Position numbers and translations under genes: made by a program
The notes under the pieces: model-generated
The model's input: the letters and a program-made list of their open reading frames with translations, nothing else
Database searches by the model: none
Told to the model about the DNA's origin: nothing
Part shown: positions 1-10,600 of the stretch, piece by piece
How the letters are laid out: every line of letters begins with the position of its first letter
How positions within the stretch are numbered: position 1 is the first letter of the stretch
Assembly: GCA_964016885.1 (NCBI GenBank)
Contig: OZ024743.1
Coordinates: forward strand, 49,104,001 to 49,168,000
Source: Eledone cirrhosa
Lineage: Eukaryota
Direction: 5' to 3'
Length of the DNA: 64,000 nucleotides

Positions 1-535
1 TGCAGGAGAGGAGGTTACGTTGGTATGGACATGTGATGCATATGAAGGATGACAGCTGCATAAAAAGGTGCAGAGCACTAGAAGTCGATGGAAGCCGCGG
101 AGTGGGAAGACCTGGGATGAGGTGATAAAGGCTGACTTTACCCAATTGCACCTCAAGAGCAATGACACACGACCGTGACCTCTGGCGTCACGCAGTAATA
201 CAGAAGACCCCCACCCCCACACACCCACCCCCCACAGGAACAAGCCGAAGCTGAAGCATATAGACAATAAGGTCGTGGAGGTGCCACGGCAAAAAAGCAC
301 CCAGCACTCACTGTAAAAGTGGACGTGTAGGCGCCACGGAAAAAAAGCACCCAGCACTCACTGTAAATGAGGTTGGTTTTAGGAAGGGCATCCAGCTGTA
401 GAAATCAAACCAGAATCAGTTCCCGTATGAGCAAGACAAGGTCAGCCGACCGGACACTGCCCACAACAGGACAACCCGTCTAACTCATGCTAGCGTGGAA
501 GAACGGACGTAAAACGGTGATGGTGACGATGATGT
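1..535 (+). mobile_element. RTE-clade LINE 3' fragment (ORF C-terminus plus 3' UTR ending in (GAT)n-like tail)
   Basis: Translates as [23 protein letters not shown]...GSRGVGRP..WDEVIKAD, the typical RTE C-terminal motif. The same tail recurs at 20450, 40110 and 61030. Confidence 0.75.
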
Positions 536-559
536 ATTTAATATTCTCTCATGTTGTTG

Positions 560-900
560 GCAAGAAGAGGATGGATTTGGTGGCTGCTTTGTTTGTTTTA
601 TTTATATGGTACCAGGTGTTTGGTATAGGGTTGGCATAATTGTGCAACTGTCTAAGGAACAGTTGGGTGAGTGGGATGTAATCTGCATATGAAACTGGGT
701 TTATATTTTGAAGGGGGCTTGTAGGAGCAAAAAGGAATGGGTAGAAAAATGAATCATTTTTTAATTCATTTGAGAAATTATAAGTTGTGTTGCTATTGTG
801 CATTACATTAGGTTGGAGATTTAAAAGATAGTTTGGTGTCCACTTTTCAAAGTTCTTATTTAAAGTTGCTGTCCTAGGCAGGTAGGAAAACCATGCTTTT
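560..900 (-). mobile_element. degenerate LINE reverse-transcriptase fragment
   Basis: ORF 549..962(-) contains PFLF..SPLQNINPVSYADYI, resembling the decayed RT motifs P.LF...YADD. Confidence 0.4.
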
Positions 901-1030
901 CCCATGTGATCCATTTTTTGCATGGTACCTTTGGCTGGATGCCCCTCCTTACACCCAACCACCTTATAACAGTTTTGTTTCCTGGTTTTCTTCCAATATC
1001 TCCATCATGACAGAATGATTATCATTAATT

Positions 1031-1216
1031 AGTGGATTGGCAGTATAGGTAGAAGGTCGGACGCCATGCTTTGCACAAAGAGTTACGGCCCTTTATGGTC
1101 TGAGTTCAAATCCCGCCGAGGTTAACTTCACCTTTCATTCTTACGGGATTGATAAAATAAAGTACCAGCAATACACTGGGATAATTGCTGGCCTTGTGCC
1201 AAAAGTAGAAACAATT
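1031..1216 (+). mobile_element. tRNA-head SINE with Deu/Nin-like core
   Basis: A-box-like TGGCAGTATAGG, B-box GAGTTCAAATCCC, core CCTTTCATTCTTACGGGATTGATAAAATAAAGTACCAG. More than 10 related copies occur in the window. Confidence 0.75.
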
Positions 1217-1624
1217 AATTAGTAGAGATAGCTTGAAAGTCATAAGCCTTCGCAATCTCAAAACAGTGACTATCACTGCCTGCCTTACCTTGGTAGGCAG
1301 TCTGAATGTTTTTGTTTGTTTGTTTTTTAAGGCTTAGTCATGGAGTGAAAGGCAGAGCCCATGGCCCTTTTTTTGTTTGTTTTTTTCTGGGTCTCTAAGG
1401 CTGGTGGGAGGATATTATTCCCAAACTTGATGCCTGGCCTGAATGCTTATAACAGAGTGAACTTTGCTAAAGGCATCCAAGGACCAGGTGGTGGTGTTAA
1501 ACTGGGCCACAGATTAAATCTACCACACAATGTATTCGCATTTGTCTTTTATTGTTTTCATCTTCATTATCCAAATTTTTGCACTAATTGATTATTAATG
1601 AAATACTTGTATTTTCTCTGACAG

Positions 1625-4600
1625 GAAGCCACCGAACATATGACAAAACATTGAAGGAATTCAGTGACCGTTACTATTTGGCTAAAACAATTGAAACTGT
1701 TCGCAATTACATAAAAGAATGCCCAGTTTGCCAAGCTTACCGCAGTGGCTACTCAGCCACTTCCACACCTGCTGGCAAGACTCCATTAGAAAGAGAAGAA
1801 CATGTTGCCGAACTTATGGCAGCCTTACCATTTCCAGAGACCTTGGGTGAAGTAATCAATCACTTTTGGCAAAAGGTATTTCTCATTGATTGGTCCTCCT
1901 TAATCAACTCTTCTTGAGTAGACAACAATGATATTGAGTCTAGCACAATATTCTTTCTAAGCTGCATCGGAATGTGTCCGTGGAGCCACTTTATTGGTGT
2001 TCTGTATATCAAAATGTGAAACCCATGAAAATTTCACTATACATGTCACTACATACATCAAAATATTGCTGCACTAATAATTACAGTAAGAAAACAGTGA
2101 CCTGACACAATTACTAGAGTACCAGATTAAATGCCATGTGTTTTTTTCTGGCTCTCTCTGTCCTCAATTTAAATCCTGCCATGGTCAACTTTGCCTATCG
2201 TTCCTTTTGGGTCAATAAATAAAGTACTAGTCGTAGGCATGGAATTGTTAGAGAAATGTTAGAACATTTAATTAATGAGATGCTTTATTGTATTTATTCT
2301 GGTTCTTTGTATTCAAATCACACTGGCTTATTTAGGTGGAATACTTAATCTTTAGCTTAGTCTATTCTCTTGCAAGCACTCTGACAAGATCTCTGGTTTG
2401 ATAACACCTTCCTCAAACCCATGAGTCTTGGAGGTCCTGAAAAGGGTCTTGGACTCAGCCTTTCTCTCCCTGACAGTAAAAAAAAGGGGGGAAGCATCAA
2501 ACATCCCCTGCCCTATTTACCTGGAAAAGTGATTTGGTGAAGGAGCACAAAACTAATTGAAAATGGTTAAGTATTTTGGTGGTTTACAATGTAGCTGATT
2601 TCTCTCGTACTAATACCATGATATTTTCACCAGATTTGATGGTTTAAAATGCTTTTTTTTAATTTTTGTATATTTCTAGGTGGAAGTTGATATTATTGGT
2701 CCTATCAAGGTGACTGGAGGTTCTACTATGCAAATTATCCTCTGTTTAGATGTCTATTCTTTGTGGCCAGAAGCACGTTTTGTCGAGTATAAAGATGGAA
2801 TCATACCTGTGCCAGAAGTCTTACAGTTTATACTCAGTCTTATTGCGAGGTGAGTGCTTTTCAGATTTACCCCAGTTGGGCTCTATGTTTGATAGAGTGT
2901 AGGCTTTGTGTTTGAGTATTGAGTGTAGGCTTTGTTTGAGTATTGAGTGTAGGCTCTGTGTGTGAGTATTGAGTGTAGGCTCTGTGTGTGAGTATTGAGT
3001 GTAGGCTCTGTTTTTAAGTATTGAGTGCAGGCTCTGTGTGTGAATATAGAGTTGGTTGTGAGTGTGATTATAGAGTTGGTTGTGAGTGTGACTATAGAGT
3101 TGGTTGTGAGTGTGTATTAAATGTTGGTTGTCAGTGTGTATTAAATGTTGGTTGTCAGTGTGTATTTTGAATATTGAGTGTTGTCTGTATGAGTTTACAA
3201 AATATATTGCCAAAATTTAGGAAGCTCTGGTTTCTGCTGTAATGGTTACCACTCTGAAGATGTGTTTCATATTTCAGATATGGTGTCATGAAAACCTTGA
3301 CATTCCGTAAAGAATCATTCAGTTGTAGGAAGATTGCTGGTCGCTTTGATTTACTTACTGATAAAGAACATACCATTGATTTAAAGTTTGGTTGTTTCCA
3401 AGATACAAGTATGTTAACTGTTCTTCTTCTTATTATTATTGTTTTCCTACTAGTGAGGACAGTGGATTGGCAAAAGCATTTGAGCTTTGTGGCATTTGTT
3501 CTAAGTCTTTACATTCTGAGTTCAAATCCTGCCATGGTCAAATTTGCCTTTCATCATTCTAGGGTCAATAAAATAAAGTACCAGTCAAATACTGGGGTCA
3601 ATATTATCCCCCCCCCCCCCCCCCCCCCCCCCCAAATCACTGGTCTTGTGCCTAAATTAGAAATTGTTTTACTTGTGCTCATGTCATAAAAAATGAGGAC
3701 AGTTTTATCAATTATAAAGAAAACTTTTAATTCTGAAAATCATTGGAACATATTTTTTATCTATAACACATAATGCTATTTTGTATAACAGTTGTGTCAT
3801 CTGTTTTTTTCCATTTAATCACGTCATACTTCAACAAGCTTCATAACTCTTACTCTCACTCACTGTCAGTTTCCTTCTTTCTTATTCCTTTTTATTTTCA
3901 TTCTTCTACTTCCACAGAATCTCGTTTTTGTGACAGCAAATAAATACACATCACAAATTATTATATATATAGGCATTCCTTCTCAGCACTGGATTAAAAA
4001 TATAGAGATTTAAAAATATTTATTATGACAATTTATTTTAAAAATCAACCATCTTTTTGTTTAGTTTATTCCTGTCATTTATTGATTGTTATTATCATTC
4101 TCTGTTGTTGATTCTGTATCACTGTGATTGTATTATTGATTAAAATTTAGATGGCATGTGGAAAGATCTAGAAACAGACCTAAGGAAGTTTGCTAAATCC
4201 TATCCTCGCAACTGGCATGAAAGTCTTGACCTTTGGTTGATGCCACATCGAATAAATCGACCGCAAGTTGCTGAATATACTCCAGTATACCTTGTACATC
4301 ACAGGTAAGGGGTTGTAATTGAATTCTTTAACATGTTTGACTCTGTGTTTGTGACTAGTTATATATAGACTTCTTCGGGAAACTACATTTATTAATTAAA
4401 CATGAATGATATTTTGTCTGTTGTAGGGAACCATGTCTACCACCAAGTATATCTTATCGTCAGCCTGGATCCGATTTGGACCCAAACCTCTCTGAATCTC
4501 AGATTCAAGCTATTCAAACGAGAATGATGAAAGTAAGCAAAGGTCTGACGGAGAGTTTGCTGGCAAACACGTCAGAACAGTCTAGCAGTTCAGAGAAAAA

Positions 4601-7600
4601 TGTATCCATTGTGTATTTTTACCCAGGAGAAGTGGTTGATGAAAGTGTACCCACAAATCCTGTTGCTGCTACAGAGCTAAATGGGGAAACTGACCACAAT
4701 GAGCTCCATTCTGATATTATTTTAGACCCTCCAACAACAGAAGACAGTACTATTGTTACTGCCAATACTACTAATACTTCTACTATTAATACTACTACTA
4801 CCACTAATACTACCAATACTACTACTACTACTTCTACTTCTACTGTTACTTCTACTACTACTACTGCCAATACAACTACTGCTACTACTACTACTACTAC
4901 TACTGCTACTCCTAGTAGTAGTAGTAGTAGTAGTAGTAGTGTCACTAACAAAACTTCACTCACTCAAGCCTCCTCCACATCTGCCTCTGTTAAGTCAAAG
5001 AAAATGTCCTCTGCAACTAATGATAAACCTGCCAAACCTCAGCGAGGTCGACCACCATCTTCTCAAACCACTCAAACCTCTGTCGAACAAGACACTAGTA
5101 GTATTGCTGTTGATGACGATGAGTGTTTATCAGGTTCAGAGATGTCGCCTGCTCGCCGTGGACGTAAGAAGAATTATCTTGATGTTGTCAATCGTTATTC
5201 ACCCAAGAAAGGGAACAAACGAAAGAAACGAGAAAATCGGGATGTAAGTAATAATCCCTTTATTTTTTTACAACTTGTGGTAGTAGTGTTGATGCCATGA
5301 TAAAATGTAAAGTGGCTGGCATTAGGAAGGGCATCAAGTCATAGAAACCATGCCAAAATTAAACATATGAGCTGTGGTTCTCTGACTTGTTTAATCTCAG
5401 ACCATGACAACCCATCCAACACATGTCAGCATGGAAAATAGACTTAAAACCATGGTGACATTGTAGGGTTGCAAACAGGTACAAACCAGAGACCAGTTCA
5501 GAATGCTTGCTTGCAACAGAGTGTGGTCCACTAAAGGCACCCAAGCGCCTGGTGGAGGTGTTAAACTAAATGACAAAGTTAGCTTCAATGGGATATGAAC
5601 TTAGAGCTCAAAGAACTGAAAGAGGTATCGCACAGCATCTTATCTGATGCTTGAGCAATTCTGCCAATCCACAACCCATTCCTCATTCATCAATTAGTAA
5701 CTTATTGATGCAAATTTTTGCCTGTGTCGATGACAACATTATTACCCTTAATTGAATAATGATTGGGCAGTGGATTGGCAGTATCGGTAGAGGGTCAGAC
5801 GCCATGCTTTGACGTATAGAGTTACGGCCCTTGCCATTCTGAGTTCAAATCCCGCCGAGGTTAACTTTGCCTTTCATCCTTACGGGGTCGATAAAATAAA
5901 GTACCAGTAATGTACTAGGATAATTGCTGCCCTTGTGCCAAAAGTAGAAACAATTATTACCCTTAGTTTAGAAATAAAGGTTTTTAAGTTGAAATCAGTG
6001 TCTAGTTATGTATATATCCAGAAATAGGTCTTGTTGTTGGTCAAAGATCAAAATAGTGTAGATATAAGAATTGTAAATATCTGAAAAATATTACTTATTT
6101 CTGACAAAGTTGGTGGATTGGCATAATCATTATCAATAAAATGCCTTTCAGTATTTGTTCTAAGGTTTTGTCTTCTGAGTTCACCTGTAACTACATAAGT
6201 ACTAAATTGTATTGCCACTTGCCTCTCCTTGGACATCAGTTGTGTGGAGATGGTGAACTACCTCTTGGTCAGTTGCTGTTCTACTGTAAAATAACCTTGC
6301 CAAGGCCTGCACCCTGCAAAGGAACAGATACATTATGAAAACTTTAACTGATAGAGACTTGACTGTTTATAAACTTTCATTATCATTAACATCATTGTCG
6401 TTTTTATGTCCACTTTTCTACGTTGGCATGGGTTGGATGGGATGTTTTGAGACAATGTTTTACAGTGGGATGCCATTCCTCATGCCAACTCTTTTAGTTG
6501 TCTCTTATGTAATGTATGGATATGGTGTACCTATTCTAAAAACTAGGATATATATTCATCATCATCATTTTACTTGCCACGCTGACATGGATTAGATTGA
6601 CCATCATGGATCAAGTCAGTTCTTATTCAGAGTCATTACCCCAATAGATGAGTTTGGAATCATATTTCATTTGTATGATCCATTTTAGACATGGTTTCTT
6701 TGATTAGATGCCCTTCTTAACAGCAACCACTCTACATAGTGTTCTAGGTGAATTTGGTCAATTTTATTAAATTTAAGAATAATGAAGAAATGTTACAAAT
6801 TATAGTTATCTCTCTATTTCTCATTTTCCAAAATGTCACCTCACCATTTTCCACTCAGGTACCATTAGATGACTACTACCTCGCTCTCAAGCTCTATGTT
6901 GAACAGAAACGTTACCCACCTGGTATAAAAGATGACTATAAAAGAGTTATCCGGAAGATGGCTCAGAATTATGTTATTCAAGATGATGAAATGTATTATA
7001 AATCAGGCTCCAAGCTAAAGAAAATTGTTATGGACGAACTGGAACGCTTCAAACTTCTCAAAGCTGCTCATGTGTTGGACAATGGTGAGTATGGTTTGAC
7101 CGTAGTGAATAAACCTTTCTACAGTGATGGCATTTATAATTAAGCATTTATTACATCAAATTATATGTTGAAGAGTGTGGTACTACATGGTAGTGAGATC
7201 TGATTATTGAATGTAGAAAACAGACATGTTTGTGTGTTAAAGATGTTTGCTTTAGAATCACTTCTGGATTCAGTCAACTTTCTATTGGAGAGTCATATCG
7301 CAACAATGATCTGTTCTGTTCACTGTACATCTCTTATTACAACTATTCCATATTAATTTTATTGTTGAATTATGGTCAGCCCCAGTCAAGCTGATCTATT
7401 GCAACCAAATGCTTCCAAATACCCTATCTTATGTGCATCTACTATGGCCTACTTAGTTGAGAGACCCAATGCATCACCTAGTTTAACACCACTACCTGGC
7501 TTTTAGGCGTCTTTAGTAGAATCTATTCTGTTGCAAGCATTTGGACCAGGTCTGCACTTTGAAGATACCTTCTAACTCACCACCAATCTCAGGGGCTCTG

Positions 7601-10600
7601 TCAAGTATCATGGGCACTACCAGCCCTCCACATTGACTAAACATTAAAAATGTGGGGAGAAACAAAAGACATTGTAAACTCTGTAATGCAACACTTTGTA
7701 ATCTGGAGTGCGGCATTCATGCAAGTATGTTGAAGTAATTCCTTCTTTAGTTGAATATGATTTGTTATTTCTTCATAGGAACTCACTTGGGCCGATTAAG
7801 GACTTTAGATCGCCTAAACGACTATTATTGGAAAGGTATGACAATGGACGGTGCTGCCTTAGTGAAGACATGTCCTGTTTGTGAACATGGCAGTGACCGA
7901 AGAAAATCTGAAGCTGACACCAACCCTGCTCAAGAAAGTTTCTTGAATTTAGTCAAGGCTGTAAGTGTCTCTCCTGCTATTTCTGTGTTCACCTCTACAA
8001 TCTCTGTCTTTCTCTTTATATATGTCTTACTCTCAATAACTTTACTGTTGTCAACACAGACATTTGTCACTGCATATCTGCTAGTTGACATCTGCTGTGG
8101 CTCTCTACACTGGTAGTGTGGTGTGGCTTTTGATACTATCAGTGTGGAGTGATTCTCAATGTTAGTAGTGTAGTCTTGTTCTAAACTACTGAATATTTCC
8201 AATGTATCTCTCCTCAAATGTAGGGTAGACTCCAGCCCTATCAACCAAGCAATATCTTTTTAATCATCCTCACTTTTTAAACTACTGAACTGTTAATATT
8301 ACCTGATATAGCTGTTGTGTTTTAAACCATTGTCAACACAACATGATATAACTGTTGTGTTTTAAACCATTGTCAACACAACATGATATAACTGTTGTGT
8401 TTTAAACTATATTGTCAACACATGATATAGCTGTTGTGTTTTAAACCATTGTCAACACAACATGATACAACTGTTGTGTTTTAAACTATTGTCAACACAA
8501 CATGATATAGCTGTTGTGTTTTAAACCATTGTCAACACAACATGATACAACTGTTGTGTTTTAAACTATTGTCAACACAACATGATATAGCTGTTGTGTT
8601 TTAAACCATTGTCAACACAACATGATACAACTGTTGTGTTTTAAACTATTGTCAACACAACATGATATAGCTGTTGTGTTTTAAACCATTGTCAACACAA
8701 CATGATATAACTGTTGTGTTTTAAACCATTGTCAACACAACATGATATAGCTGTTGTGTTTTAAACCATTGTCAACACAACATGATACAACTGTTGTGTT
8801 TTAAACTATTGTTAACATAACCTGATATAGCTGTTGTGTTTTAAACCATTGTCAACACAACATGATATAGCTGTTGTGTTTTATTATCATTAGGCTGAAG
8901 CAGAACCGGAACCACTGAATGAAGAGGTCCAAATCAAGTTATATGAAATTATCAAGCAGTTTCACTTGACTGGTGCCAAGCCAGCAGATTTGACCACTGA
9001 GGAAAATGACTATGCTGACAGAGAATCTCCAAAGTATCGTGTCAATGGTGGTCAGCTTTACTACACAGAAAACCAAACTATTGGACGTTTACGTAAAGTC
9101 CTGATGACAGCAACTGAGAAACAGAATGCTGTTACAGAATCACACATTCTCAGAACAGGTAATATATCTATCAATCAATAAATCACTACTACCTTTTTCT
9201 TCTTCACTTTGTTGTTTATGTACACTAACTTTACACATCCAACTGAGCATGCTTGATTCCTTTCTAACCTTCACATATCCTCCACATTCGCTACCCATGT
9301 CTCACTACCATATACATTGCACTATGTATATAAGCATCATACAACTTATTCTTTGCCAAGAGAGAGAATCCCTTGAGAAGTTGAGGAAGGGTCTCCCTGA
9401 ACTTCCCAATGTTGTTATTTAATGGGTAAGGATGTGTGGAGTGGGGACCTAACAGGATTAAAATTATAATCTGTGAAAGAGCATAAGTGCTTTTCACATA
9501 GAAGTCACTAGCCATACCTGAAGAGGAGACATGTGCCACCAGGTTATCTGTGTACCCTGAAACAGTATATTAAATGTAGAAGATGAAAAATAATTCTGTA
9601 GAATAGTTATGGTTTTCTTACTTCCTACTGCCAATATATAGTAATATAAAAAGTAGAGAGAATGAGATACAGTAGTACTGTCAATATGTAAATAATTTAA
9701 CCCTGTGTTCATTTTACCTCTTATATGAAGTGAGTTAATATTTTGAATCCACCAACCCAGTATTCCACCGATGTTTCACTATATCCTGCCAACCCATTAT
9801 TCCATTTTGTTGCACATTTCTGTTTATTAGTGTTATTTACACTGCTTTCTGTAAGAATCAGTGATTGTTTTATATCATTGCTTTAGCTGGAGCTAAGGCA
9901 TTGCCATGACTTTTTCAAGTTAGTACTTTTTTTTTTCTTTTCAGTTTTAATTAATGAACATAATTTTTTTTATGTGATTTCTATGCAAACACCCAGTGTT
10001 GGAAACTACACACACGACAAGGGGTGGGTCAAGATTCAATGGGTCAACTCTGTAGTTACCACACCCCTTATATAAACTGTGGAGCAAGTCTGTATTTACT
10101 ATATCCTCTATAATGGTAGTTAACCGTATCATGTCTCTGTCTTACCCCAGGTATTCATCGTGGAGTGGAACGGACCAAAGAACTCTTGCATGGTAGCTAC
10201 TATTGGATTGGAATGAATCGTGATCTGAAGGAATTCCTTGAAAAATGTTGTTTAACCCGAGTCTTCCCTGAAGATAAGAAACATAAATCCCAAGAAGAGA
10301 AACTCTCAAAGTTTGCTGAGTTCTTCCAAATGGATATCAGCCCTTTCATTGTAAGTAGTCAAAACTATTTCATAATCAATGTGTTAACAAACATGTCATA
10401 CCTCTTACCTTTACAAGGCTGTTGGTTTGAACATCTATTTTATGTACCCAGTGAAATTCTAATATTTGTAGACGAACCATCAATCATCAGAACATTAGAT
10501 TAAATGCCTTGGTATATGTTCGAGCTCTCTGCACTCTGAGTTCAATCCTGCTAAGACCAACTTTGCTTTTCTTCTTTTTGGGGTCGATAGATAAAGTACC

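Noticed and set aside
1625-4450. Active LTR retrotransposon pol gene
   Set aside because: Spliceosomal introns, no RT/RNase H/LTR, incomplete DDE triad, and in-frame fusion to C2H2 exons.
4533-4626. Donor AAA|gtaagc at 4533 paired with the acceptor at 4626
   Set aside because: The phase mismatch gives a stop within ~18 codons.
4619-5247. Poly-Leu/poly-Val ORFs (4619..4963 minus, 4753..5247 plus)
   Set aside because: Alternative frames of the ACT/AGT repeats in the real exon.
5766-5957. tRNA gene (A- and B-box present)
   Set aside because: No cloverleaf is evident, and the sequence continues into a multi-copy SINE core.
8304-8882. CRISPR-like array of palindromic repeats
   Set aside because: Units are contiguous with no unique spacers, the context is a eukaryotic intron, and there are no cas genes.
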